A stretch of DNA of 32,000 nt from Haloferax volcanii DS2 (lineage in GTDB: Archaea; Halobacteriota; Halobacteria; Halobacteriales; Haloferacaceae): positions 30,001 through 62,000 of the forward strand of contig NC_013966.1 in the NCBI RefSeq assembly GCF_000025685.1, in the 5' to 3' direction. A program made the translations under genes and the position numbers. Of this stretch, positions 23,748 to 31,711 are shown one piece after another. Numbering within the stretch: position 1 is the stretch's first letter; each line of letters starts with the position of its first letter. The notes under the pieces are model-generated. The model was given only the letters and a program-made list of their open reading frames with translations. It did no database searches and was not told the DNA's origin.

Positions 23748-24794
23748 CGCTCTTATGTAGAACTGTGGAGTGACCCCGTAGCAAGGCAATCGACGACGAT
23801 TTCGAGGGATGCGCCGACCAAGTTCAATGAGCGAACGATACCGAAGGTGTGAGCGGCCTGTTCCAAGCCCTGCTTGGACAGGCCGCGAAACTTCCGCAGC
23901 CACGGTTTGACTAGTGAGAAGAGGCACTCGACCTGGTTGATGTGGACGCCGTCGGCCGAAACGTACCGTTCGTCGTGGATAACGGTTCGGTGATCGTACT
24001 CCATCTCTCGATACGCTTGGAGTCCATCAGTCCAGACCTCTCCCAGCCGCTGGGAGAGGTCTTCAGCCTCTTGCAGTACCGGTTCGAGGTCTCCCTGGTA
24101 GCTGATTCCAAGGTGACCGCGAATCACCCGAAGCACGTCGCGGCACGCCGCGACGAGCGTTATCTGGTCTCCGTGACGGCCCTTCCATCGTGAGCGCCCC
24201 GATCGGGACGACCCGCCGCGGTACCGACTGGTCCGCGGCGGGTCTTGGCCTTTGTAGCCTGAACAGACCGTGCTTGATTCGTCGATTTGTGTTGGGCCCG
24301 AGATGGAGTGTTGGAATTGCTCCCAGACGAGGGGGAAGCCGCGCGTGACCGCGGCTTCCACCTCTCGAATGGCGTAATAGACGGTCTTGTACGCCCTGTC
24401 GAGCACAACCGCGATTTGTGAGATACTGAGCAACGTGTCTGCATAGAGGAGGTACGCGAGAAGCACCTCTCCGGTGGTGAGGTGCTTCTCGTGGAAGGGC
24501 GTGCCATAGGTGTAGACCGGTTTAAAATTGCAATCTCGGCAGATAACGCGGTCGGACGAGTCCCACGTGTGAATGCTGGGGTGGCCGCAGCGAGGACACG
24601 TGGTATACTCCCAGAACTGCTTGAGTCGCCGCTCGATGAGGGCATCGAGCGGCTCGGTGTCCAACTCGAACAATCCAAGATCAACGAGCTGGCGAAGCAT
24701 TCCACCGAACGCTGGCTGAGTCTGAGACATAACCTCATGATTTCGGCTCGTTCACCGTAACTACACGGTCGTTCCTCAGCTCTACATAAGAGCG
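23748..24794 (-). mobile_element. IS1595-family (ISH4-like) insertion sequence, complete, 1047 bp
   Basis: The terminal inverted repeats are CGCTCTTATGTAGAACTG (23748-23765) and CAGCTCTACATAAGAGCG (24777-24794), matching at 17 of 18 positions. A perfect 8-bp direct repeat, GGTAGGTT, flanks them at 23740-23747 and 24795-24802. Confidence 0.9.
23753..24730 (-). CDS. IS1595-family DDE(NK)-type transposase
   Basis: N-terminal zinc ribbon CPRCGH...CRDCN, catalytic-region blocks QIDESS, WTDGLQAY and HINQVECLFSLVKPWLRKFRG, 325 aa. The stop codon lies inside the left TIR. Confidence 0.85.
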   Translation of the reverse strand: MSQTQPAFGGMLRQLVDLGLFELDTEPLDALIERRLKQFWEYTTCPRCGHPSIHTWDSSDRVICRDCNFKPVYTYGTPFHEKHLTTGEVLLAYLLYADTLLSISQIAVVLDRAYKTVYYAIREVEAAVTRGFPLVWEQFQHSISGPTQIDESSTVCSGYKGQDPPRTSRYRGGSSRSGRSRWKGRHGDQITLVAACRDVLRVIRGHLGISYQGDLEPVLQEAEDLSQRLGEVWTDGLQAYREMEYDHRTVIHDERYVSADGVHINQVECLFSLVKPWLRKFRGLSKQGLEQAAHTFGIVRSLNLVGASLEIVVDCLATGSLHSST

Positions 24795-24801
24795 GGTAGG
24801 T

Positions 24802-24828
24802 TTAACCAACAATCCCTGTGTTGGTTAA
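24802..24828. promoter_or_regulatory. palindromic site 2: TTAACCAACA-ATCCCTG-TGTTGGTTAA
   Basis: Perfect 10-bp arms at 24802-24811 and 24819-24828 with a 7-nt spacer. The arms and the ATCCCT core are the same as in site 1. The site lies 14 nt upstream of ATG 24843. Confidence 0.6.
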
Positions 24829-24842
24829 CACGAGAATAGCCG

Positions 24843-25166
24843 ATGTCCTACGAACCCCCGACCCCGCCGGCGAACCTTCCGACGGAAATCAACAGCTCAC
24901 TCAACGAATCGACTCCGGAGCGGCTCCGAGAGGTTGCAACGTACGCCGAAGCGCTAGCCGAACACAAGGAACGGGAGGCCCGTCTTGAGGAGTCGGCAGC
25001 CCAGGAAGAAGTCGAGGAGCGACCAGACGACCTCCCGGACGACGTCCCTACCAAAGCAACGATCACGATCAAGGAGATCAACGACAACCGCTACTACTAC
25101 TGGCAGTGGAGGGAAGGCGACAAGGTGACCTCCAAATACAAAGGCCCAGTCAATCCAGACGAATGA
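24843..25166 (+). CDS. hypothetical acidic protein
   Basis: 107 aa with an acidic centre and a C-terminal KEINDNRYYYWQWREGDKVTSKY block. I recognise no family. Confidence 0.6.
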   Translation: MSYEPPTPPANLPTEINSSLNESTPERLREVATYAEALAEHKEREARLEESAAQEEVEERPDDLPDDVPTKATITIKEINDNRYYYWQWREGDKVTSKYKGPVNPDE

Positions 25167-25181
25167 ACTCGAATAGACGGT

Positions 25182-25374
25182 CACCCCCCGTTTTCGAGTT
25201 GTAAATGGGAAAGGGCACGGGGACGGCACATCACATACAATAGAACGTCGGATCTCTAACGTCACCCACCCCCCGTTTTCGAGTAGTAACGAGAAATCTG
25301 ACGGGTGACACCCCCCATTTTCGAGCTGTAACGTACCACCCGAGCCGCGAACACCCCCCGTTTTCGAGTAGTAA
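25182..25374 (+). repeat. origin recognition box (ORB) cluster, 4 direct copies downstream of orc1
   Basis: The 23-mers CACCCCCC(G/A)TTTTCGAG(T/C)(T/A)GTAA lie at 25182-25204, 25267-25289, 25309-25331 and 25352-25374. A C-string next to a conserved core matches haloarchaeal ORB architecture. Confidence 0.75.
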
Positions 25375-25397
25375 GCGCGGGGCGGATTTGGGCGAGA

Positions 25398-26897
25398 TTA
25401 GTTCTTGCTCCGGAACTGCTTCAGCCGTTCGCGGACAACCGCGCTGATAGTCGCCTCTTCGTGAGCTAGATCTTCGAACCGGGAATCCTCACGAATCGTC
25501 TCCATAATCGTTTCCGGATCCTCGGAGAGGGAGAAATACATATGCACTCCTCGGCCTCGCCCCTTGCCTCGACGCTCGAAGTCCAATACGCCGTACGTAC
25601 TCTGCTCTGTGACGTGATTGACGAACGTCTCGCGACTGTACTGATCTGCATCCATCGTATCAGCAATGAATTGGTACGTCTTGAACGCAGGTCCAGCAGG
25701 TATCCACTCAGGGTGTTCTCTTGTGTAGTGGGCGGTGGCCGCCACAGCGTAGATGGAGAGTTTCTTTTGAGTGGAGATCCCGCTAATATGACGAAGTTTG
25801 CGATTCTCGGTGTATTTCTCCTGGGCATCACGGACATCAGTCTCGGTAACCGTGTCAGCTCCACGCCGCTCGGCTAATTCGCCAGCCCATCTGAGGAGAT
25901 CTATTGCTTTCCGTGCATCTCCATGCGTTTGGGAGCCGAATGCAGCAACAAGCGGAACGACGTCATCTGCCAGTGATTCTGGCTTGAAGGCGTCTCGTCG
26001 GTTGTGGAGAATACTACGGAGTTGATTCGCATCGTAATCGTCGAAGAAGATGTCGTCAGGGTTGTAGGAACTCTGTGCGCGGCTGTTGAGGTCCTTCATG
26101 AAATCAGCGTAGTTCGTGATAGTCGTGAGAGAAATCGGGCCGTCAAAGTCGGCGAGCTTTCGAGCCCGTGAAAGCTGATAGATGAGGGAATTGTACTCTG
26201 CCTCCTGATACGGCCCCTCAAGCATATCGATCTCATCGAGGATGAAGATGACACCGTCATAGTACTCACGCATCAGTTCGTACAGTCGCTCGAGCTTCTG
26301 ATCCGTTGAGACGCCGGTTTGAGGAACACCAGGTTCGACACCAAGGTCGTCGGCAGCAGCTTTAACTAGCCGATAGACAGCTCGATCTGCAGTCTTCGGT
26401 CCCTCGCAGTTGATAGAGAGGACTCCGAAGGTCTTACCCTGTGACTCGCACAGTTCGACGATCTGTTTGCAGACAGCATGAATGATGAGCGATTTCCCCG
26501 TTCCAGATGGCCCACTCAGGAGCATATCAGGGATCCCCTCATTCTGGAGGACCGGTTTTAGGTTGTCGACGACACGGCCCAGCTGGTCGTCACGACCAAC
26601 GATACGATCCTCGTCGATGATAGTATCAGACCGAACGAGGTCCTTGTTCGCAAAAACGCCTCCGGACGACTCGGTTTGTAACCGATCTCGAATTGAGATG
26701 CCCCCACCGTCGCCGTTGGTCGCCTGTTGAGACGAATCAACTGGATCCGAGCCGTTCTCAAAAGTCGTTTGTGACGTACCGGGCGAATCTCCATCCTCAC
26801 CCGTCGATCCAGGGGTTTCAGGATCAACAGAAGAGGATTCACGATCCTCCTCATCTTCCGGATGATTCGATCCTGCTCTACGTCCCTCTCGTCCCAT
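25398..26897 (-). CDS. orc1: Orc1/Cdc6 replication initiator
   Basis: Walker A LSGPSGTGKS, Walker B IFILDEIDML, an AAA+ lid and a C-terminal winged-helix region. There is a disordered acidic N-terminal extension of about 100 aa. The gene is flanked by ORB repeats. Confidence 0.9.
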   Translation of the reverse strand: MGREGRRAGSNHPEDEEDRESSSVDPETPGSTGEDGDSPGTSQTTFENGSDPVDSSQQATNGDGGGISIRDRLQTESSGGVFANKDLVRSDTIIDEDRIVGRDDQLGRVVDNLKPVLQNEGIPDMLLSGPSGTGKSLIIHAVCKQIVELCESQGKTFGVLSINCEGPKTADRAVYRLVKAAADDLGVEPGVPQTGVSTDQKLERLYELMREYYDGVIFILDEIDMLEGPYQEAEYNSLIYQLSRARKLADFDGPISLTTITNYADFMKDLNSRAQSSYNPDDIFFDDYDANQLRSILHNRRDAFKPESLADDVVPLVAAFGSQTHGDARKAIDLLRWAGELAERRGADTVTETDVRDAQEKYTENRKLRHISGISTQKKLSIYAVAATAHYTREHPEWIPAGPAFKTYQFIADTMDADQYSRETFVNHVTEQSTYGVLDFERRGKGRGRGVHMYFSLSEDPETIMETIREDSRFEDLAHEEATISAVVRERLKQFRSKN

Positions 26898-26920
26898 TAT
26901 GAACCCCCTCGAACTCCGGA

Positions 26921-26932
26921 TATAAAAATATA
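26921..26932 (-). promoter_or_regulatory. TATA-box-like element for orc1
   Basis: TATAAAAATATA lies 24-35 nt upstream of the orc1 ATG (26897) and is the only AT-rich patch there. Confidence 0.5.
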
Positions 26933-26933
26933 G

Positions 26934-27430
26934 GCCCTTTTAGAGTTGTAACCACGCGAAAACAGGCTATCTAACGGCTATAGCCCTGCATCCTCGAAAT
27001 ATGCCAATTACCGTCTTCGGAATCTATCACCCTCCGTTGTCGAGTTGTAATCGATCGTCAGGAATCGCTATCATCGAAATTCCTCGATGACCTACACCCC
27101 CCTTTTTCGAGTTGTAAGCCTTCGAGGAGCGGTAACATACCTGGTCCGGTTTTCCCATCCGCCCCATTTTCGAGCTGTAAGCAACGGTGAGTCGCACTAA
27201 GTATAGAAGCAAATCTGTACCGTCAGGGTTTTGCGAATGATGCTCAGGGTGAAACGGTCTATCCCACGCCCCCCGTTTTCGAGTTGTAAGCCCCAGAATT
27301 GCCGTGAAAGGGCGACTCTCGTATGACCAGTTCACGAATACGAGAAATACCGGCCTCCAGATACGATGGTTGGTGAAGCTCGTTTAGTGAACTCGACTGT
27401 TCACCCCCTCCCCCCTTTTTCGAGTTGTAA
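26934..27430 (+). repeat. ORB cluster upstream of orc1: 5 good direct copies plus 1 degenerate copy
   Basis: Copies end in ...TTT(T)CGAG(T/C)TGTAA at 27028-27050, 27095-27117, 27158-27180, 27267-27289 and 27408-27430. A degenerate copy lies at 26934-26951. All share the orientation of the 25182-25374 cluster. Confidence 0.75.
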
Positions 27431-27785
27431 ACTCGTGATGACGGGAGGGGGGTGAACAGCAGGAGTGACTGCAGAACGGTCGATTGTGGCGTATACATAC
27501 GATAGGGGGACTGAGGATTGATTTCTCTAACTTGCAACTATAAATGCGAAAGTTTATCCCATAGACCACCTTACCACATCCGTAGTAGAAATAATGAAAA
27601 TATATCTTCTAGCTCCGCTAGAAGAGTGAGATCATTGGGTATGGAGATCATCATATAATTCCGAACCCGAGAATAATCACGCCTCAACGCTCCTACGTCC
27701 AGTTTTGTGAACTCTGTTCTCACTACATAGCGTCTGTAGCAGTCTGCACCCAACGACTTACAACTCGAAAAAGGGGGGAGGGGGT
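27403..27785. other. replication origin core: 28-bp perfect inverted ORB pair flanking an AT-rich unwinding region
   Basis: ACCCCCTCCCCCCTTTTTCGAGTTGTAA at 27403-27430 is the exact reverse complement of 27758-27785. The 327-bp spacer contains the most AT-rich stretch I saw in the window (about 27530-27720). Confidence 0.75.
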
Positions 27786-27788
27786 TCG

Positions 27789-29942
27789 TCAGGCCCACTC
27801 CGTGATACCGACTACACGTATTCCATTGAGCTCCCGTCGAACATCATTCCGATCCCAGCCAAGGGGGGAAAGTACGCTCTCGACAGCTTGGACCAACTCC
27901 GTCTCGTAGTACGAGGCGTCGTAGGTCTCGATCTCTTCGTGGGAGAGGGCGACACGGTCACGCGAGATCTTCTCGTCGTCGTCGACCACGTATTCGATAT
28001 CCTGTCCCGGGTGGACAGCGAGGTCTTGATCGCGAGCCCGTTTCAAGGCCGCCACGTTCTGAGTATTCTGCGTATAGCCTTCCAACGGCTTGGAGACGCG
28101 ATTCCGTTCGACGAGCTGTTCCACTCCTACAGCACCTGAGTGCAGTTCCTTGATTGCTCGTTCGAGACGTCCGAGTACCGCGTCTGGGGACTGCGTGGCA
28201 TCGAGTCGGTTGAGACAGTCCCGCTGGACATCTTCGATGAACGGCGGGGTCGAGCGTTGCCGGGCTTCGATGCCTCTGATTTTGAATTCGTCGTCGCCGG
28301 CGACCTTCCCGAAGTACTTCGTCAGCGCGCCGGCGCCGCTCTCGCGCTGCGGGACGAACGCCACCCAGTCGTAGTGGGCTTCGTGTTCGAGCCGAATCTC
28401 GACGCGTTCCGTGATCTCCGTCGCGAGCGTCTCGAGGTCCTCGCGGTCATCGTCGTCGATGTCGGGGTCCGGCGTCACCCAGATGGAGTCGACGATTCCG
28501 TGGACGACCCGCCAGCCGCCAGCTTCCAGTCGCTGTTTCGCTGTTAGTAGGATCTCGCGAGCGAACGCGTTGATCGCTTCGTGGCACTCGATGCGGCCGA
28601 ACTTCGCGTTGCTGAACCCCTGATAGCCGAAGCAGGCGACGAGGATCCACTTCAGCGCTCCCGACCGTCCCTCGAGCTCCGCCAGCCGGTCCTCGTCGGG
28701 GTTGTTCCGTTCCTTCTCGCGACGGATGGCCGCCTTGATCTCGTCGCGCGCGTCGATGATCGGCTGCAGCACGTCGACGAGGTAGCCCCGGTCGTCGCAG
28801 ATCGAGTACCCGAGGCCGGGGACGTCGTCGCGGCCGCTGTGGCAGTCACACCGGATGACGTCCGGCGAGACGTTTCGCGTACAGATGATGTTCGGATACA
28901 ACGAGGAGAAGTCGAGTTCGTGGACGTTCTCGTGGAGGCCGACCTCGGGCGCGAAGATGAAGCCGCCACGGTCGGCGTCGTGGAGCGTCCCCATCGGCTT
29001 GTAGAACTCATGACGCCAGGAGTTCCACGGCACGAGGACGCTGCGGTCGTGAGCCTCGCAGATCTGGATCGCCGTGAGGACGTTCCCGATCGACGCCCAC
29101 ACGAGCTCCTGGACGGGCTTTTTCGAGCGCGACACAAGGTCGAGGACGCCGTCGAGGTTCGTCTCCCCGTAGAAGAACGTGTTCGACTCGTCGATGATCG
29201 CCCGACCGGGCACGTTGTACCGCGCCGGAGAGTGACCGACACGACCGTAACTCGAGTACGTCGACCGACTCGCGAGCTGCTGGTAGTCGACGTCCGGCCA
29301 TCGACTCAGCGAGAAGTCGTCGACGTCGGCGTCCGTCGTCATCTCGTACAGGGTCGGGATGATCTCGCTCGTCGAACAAACCAGGACGTCCGGATTGTGC
29401 TCCTCGAGCGCTGCTTTGACGGCGGTCAGGATCTCCGTCGGCGAGCCAGTGACGGTGTCGCCGGCGACGGACAGCTCCCCGTAGACATCGTTGCTTGTTT
29501 CGGTCACCGGGACGCTGAGTCGGAGCGACGACAGCTCACTCGCCGGCGTCGGGTTGACGCCAGTCTCCAGACAGTACCGGAACTCTCGCGAGAAGTCGAC
29601 ATTGAAGCAGGCGATATCCCCGATTGGATAGTCCGACAGCTGGCGCGCTTGCCGGGCAAGTGGGGTGACGCGATCGATGTGGGCGACGTCGACGGCAAGG
29701 ACCGGTTCCTCGTCTCGTCGAAAGCCGGGCCGCCGCGCAACCATCTCGGTCGCGACGATGTCTGGGTGCTGGTCGTACACCGACTGGAGCGTCGTGAGAT
29801 CGAGGTCGGTCTCTGGGTCGCGAGCAGCGACGTAGAAGCGTGGAGTGTAGTCATCGCGCTCGGTCGCGACGGCGCCGTCGGCAGTTGCCTCCCACTCCAG
29901 GACGCGGCCGTCGTCCAGAAAGTCGATAGTAAACTGCCCCAT
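27789..29942 (-). CDS. polB: family B DNA polymerase, exonuclease motifs not recognisable (PolB2-like?)
   Basis: Motif A is DFSSLYPNII, the motif B region is KWILVACFGYQGFSNAKFG, the KxY region is LTKYFGKV, and motif C reads HGIVDS instead of YGDTDS. I could not find canonical ExoI (DxE), ExoII or ExoIII. Confidence 0.8.
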   Translation of the reverse strand: MGQFTIDFLDDGRVLEWEATADGAVATERDDYTPRFYVAARDPETDLDLTTLQSVYDQHPDIVATEMVARRPGFRRDEEPVLAVDVAHIDRVTPLARQARQLSDYPIGDIACFNVDFSREFRYCLETGVNPTPASELSSLRLSVPVTETSNDVYGELSVAGDTVTGSPTEILTAVKAALEEHNPDVLVCSTSEIIPTLYEMTTDADVDDFSLSRWPDVDYQQLASRSTYSSYGRVGHSPARYNVPGRAIIDESNTFFYGETNLDGVLDLVSRSKKPVQELVWASIGNVLTAIQICEAHDRSVLVPWNSWRHEFYKPMGTLHDADRGGFIFAPEVGLHENVHELDFSSLYPNIICTRNVSPDVIRCDCHSGRDDVPGLGYSICDDRGYLVDVLQPIIDARDEIKAAIRREKERNNPDEDRLAELEGRSGALKWILVACFGYQGFSNAKFGRIECHEAINAFAREILLTAKQRLEAGGWRVVHGIVDSIWVTPDPDIDDDDREDLETLATEITERVEIRLEHEAHYDWVAFVPQRESGAGALTKYFGKVAGDDEFKIRGIEARQRSTPPFIEDVQRDCLNRLDATQSPDAVLGRLERAIKELHSGAVGVEQLVERNRVSKPLEGYTQNTQNVAALKRARDQDLAVHPGQDIEYVVDDDEKISRDRVALSHEEIETYDASYYETELVQAVESVLSPLGWDRNDVRRELNGIRVVGITEWA

Positions 29943-29943
29943 C

Positions 29944-31230
29944 CTACTCGCTCACGGCTTCGCCGTTCGCTTCGTTGCGGGTGGGGCTTTCGCGTGGACT
30001 CCCGTTCTGTCCGCTGTCGGCGGAAGGCTCGTAATCGCCATTCACGTTCAACGCCCCGCGATTCAAGCGCACGTTTACGGGTGCGCCTCCGCCCGACGAC
30101 TTTTGCGCCGAGCGGAGATACTTCAGGCCAATATTCTTCGCCGCGTTGTAGTCTGCGTGGGGCGAGTATCCACACTTCAGGCACTCGAATACGTTCTGCC
30201 CGTCCGAGGTTGGACGGTTGTTCTCGTGGGTGAACCCGCACTTGGAACACCGCTGGGAGGTGTAGGCGGGACTCACTTGTTCGACCGAGATGCCGACCAC
30301 TTCGGCCTTGTACTCGACATACTTGAACAGGCGTCGGAACGCCCACGCGTGGAACTTTTTGGCGTTGGGCATCCGCTCACGAATCCCCGTCAGGTTCTCG
30401 AACGCGATCACGTCGCAGCCATACTCGACGGCTTCCGCAACGAGTTCCTTCGAGACAGTGTGTAAGAAGTGGTCGTACCGACCCGTCTCGGTGCGTCCAA
30501 CCGACTGGATGGTTTCGTGGGCGGCCCGCGTGCCACGCTGGTGGAGTGACCCGCGCCGCTTCTCGAACTCGCGGTGCCAGTGATTCAGCTCCGACCCGTT
30601 CCAGAATGTCCCTGTGGAGGTGACGGCGATGTTTTCGATGCCGAGGTCAACGCCGAGGACTGTGCTGTGCTCGTCGTTGCCGTCGTCGGTAGTCTCGAAC
30701 TCCACGTCCGCCTTTGTTCGGACGTGAAGGTAGAACTCGCCGTCGCGGTAGTGCAGTTCTGCGCCCGTCACTTCGTAGTCGTCGTTGTATAGATACTCCG
30801 AGTGTGGTGTCTCGCGGTTCTCGTCGGGGAGGACGTATTCGGCGGTGATTCGTCCTTCGACGGTCGAAAGCGTGGCGTGGTCGTCGTTGAACGTCGCACA
30901 CCGCTTGTCGTAGACGAGCGTCGGGGCGGTGAAGTGCGGTTTTCCCGCGTAGTCACCGTGCTTCCACCGAGCGACGACGCTCTGTACGGCATCGGCGGCC
31001 TTGTTGCGGGCGTTCTGGACGAGATTCGCTTGAAGCCTCGTTTCGGCCCGCACGTCGTCGTAGGTTTCGCGTTGAAGTTCGGCTTTGCTCGTAGTCTTGT
31101 ACTCGCCTTGCCATGCGTGGTCGACGACGTAGTTGGCGGCCCACAGGAACTCGGAAATGGTTTCGCGGAGGAGGTCGGCGTCGCTGTCGGCCACGTCGAG
31201 TTTGACGGGGACGGTGCGACGTACCTCCAT
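29944..31230 (-). CDS. tnpB: TnpB (IS200/IS605-family, IS1341-group) RNA-guided-nuclease-type protein
   Basis: RuvC-I is [12 protein letters not shown], RuvC-II is [12 protein letters not shown], the zinc finger is CSKCG...CLKCG, and RuvC-III is [10 protein letters not shown]. The protein is 428 aa and there is no adjacent tnpA. Confidence 0.9.
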   Translation of the reverse strand: MEVRRTVPVKLDVADSDADLLRETISEFLWAANYVVDHAWQGEYKTTSKAELQRETYDDVRAETRLQANLVQNARNKAADAVQSVVARWKHGDYAGKPHFTAPTLVYDKRCATFNDDHATLSTVEGRITAEYVLPDENRETPHSEYLYNDDYEVTGAELHYRDGEFYLHVRTKADVEFETTDDGNDEHSTVLGVDLGIENIAVTSTGTFWNGSELNHWHREFEKRRGSLHQRGTRAAHETIQSVGRTETGRYDHFLHTVSKELVAEAVEYGCDVIAFENLTGIRERMPNAKKFHAWAFRRLFKYVEYKAEVVGISVEQVSPAYTSQRCSKCGFTHENNRPTSDGQNVFECLKCGYSPHADYNAAKNIGLKYLRSAQKSSGGGAPVNVRLNRGALNVNGDYEPSADSGQNGSPRESPTRNEANGEAVSE

Positions 31231-31256
31231 CCGTGGTTCAGATGTAGTGCCATGTC

Positions 31257-31265
31257 TTTATATTA
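31257..31265 (-). promoter_or_regulatory. TATA-box-like element for tnpB
   Basis: The minus strand reads TAATATAAA, centred about 31 nt upstream of the tnpB ATG (31230). Confidence 0.4.
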
Positions 31266-31403
31266 GCCATGATTCGGTGGGAGTCGGTAACCCATCGAGC
31301 GTGGGTGGTACAGTATCGTGTCGGTTTCCTCTCCACACAATCGCTCGCTTCGCTTGCCCCGTGAGGGCGAAAGCTCCACCTTGCATCACGCTGAACGGCA
31401 TCG

Positions 31404-31709
31404 TCACGGGTTCGAGTCCGGTGGGCCACTCTCTTGATCATCGCGTGCTGCGACCGCGGCTTCGAGCTCTTCGAGGCGTTCCTCGTGGTCGTCGAGGCGG
31501 GCCTCCTGTTCGAGATCGATGCTGAGAAGCGCCGGCAGTAGCGGGTTCTGATGGTTCAACAGCCCGCTCGCGTCGGCGTGTTCGCGGGCGTACTCGAACA
31601 GCTGGTCAAATCGTGGCTGGTCGCGACGCCGCAGTGCCCGGCGGAACTCTGCCCACCGCTCTTCGATGGCCCGGAGCGCATCCCGGTACGTCGGGTTTGT
31701 GCGCCCCAT
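31404..31709 (-). CDS. hypothetical helical protein
   Basis: The internal start MGRTNPTYRDALRAIEERWAEFRRAL... was chosen. The preceding 11 codons (MDRDRDRRPIA) overlap the upstream gene's end. Confidence 0.6.
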   Translation of the reverse strand: MGRTNPTYRDALRAIEERWAEFRRALRRRDQPRFDQLFEYAREHADASGLLNHQNPLLPALLSIDLEQEARLDDHEERLEELEAAVAARDDQESGPPDSNP

Positions 31710-31711
31710 CG

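Larger units (their letters stand above)
29944..31400 (-). mobile_element. IS1341-type (tnpB-only) element, ends approximate
   Basis: tnpB plus 170 nt of upstream non-coding DNA containing imperfect hairpins (for example GCTTGCCC-cgtga-GGGCgaAAGC at about 31359-31373). On the 3' side there is no non-coding DNA before polB. Confidence 0.4.

Noticed and set aside
25182-27430. Regularly recurring repeats of about 23 bp separated by unique sequence, which superficially resemble a CRISPR array
   Set aside because: Spacing is irregular (42 to about 140 bp). The repeats flank and are interrupted by orc1/cdc6. One copy is inverted across an AT-rich region. The repeat has the C-string plus core structure of archaeal origin recognition boxes. 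No cas genes are present.
27571-27798. 75-aa minus-strand ORF, and the ORFs at 27027-27335, 27259-27537 and 27384-27569
   Set aside because: They lie across the ORB repeats and the AT-rich unwinding region of the origin. Their 'protein' sequences are translated repeats (the recurring YNSKKGG), and no independent coding signal exists.
28581-30233. 550-aa plus-strand ORF, with similar long ORFs at 820-1539(-), 10524-11195(+), 14260-15276(-), 16765-17301(-), 17309-17938(-), 21706-22719(-) and 20801-21394(-)
   Set aside because: These are antisense or out-of-frame shadows of well-supported genes (polB/tnpB, htpX, CNNM, and others). Their Arg/Ser/Pro/Gly-rich, low-complexity composition is typical of spurious ORFs in high-GC DNA.
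31404-31426. GGGTTCGAGTCCGGTGGGCCA, which looks like a tRNA T-arm/acceptor 3' end and so a possible integration att remnant
   Set aside because: I could not fold a complementary 5' acceptor strand or the D and anticodon arms from the preceding 75 nt. The stretch also lies inside the 3' end of a plausible minus-strand CDS (encoding ...GPPDSNP*).
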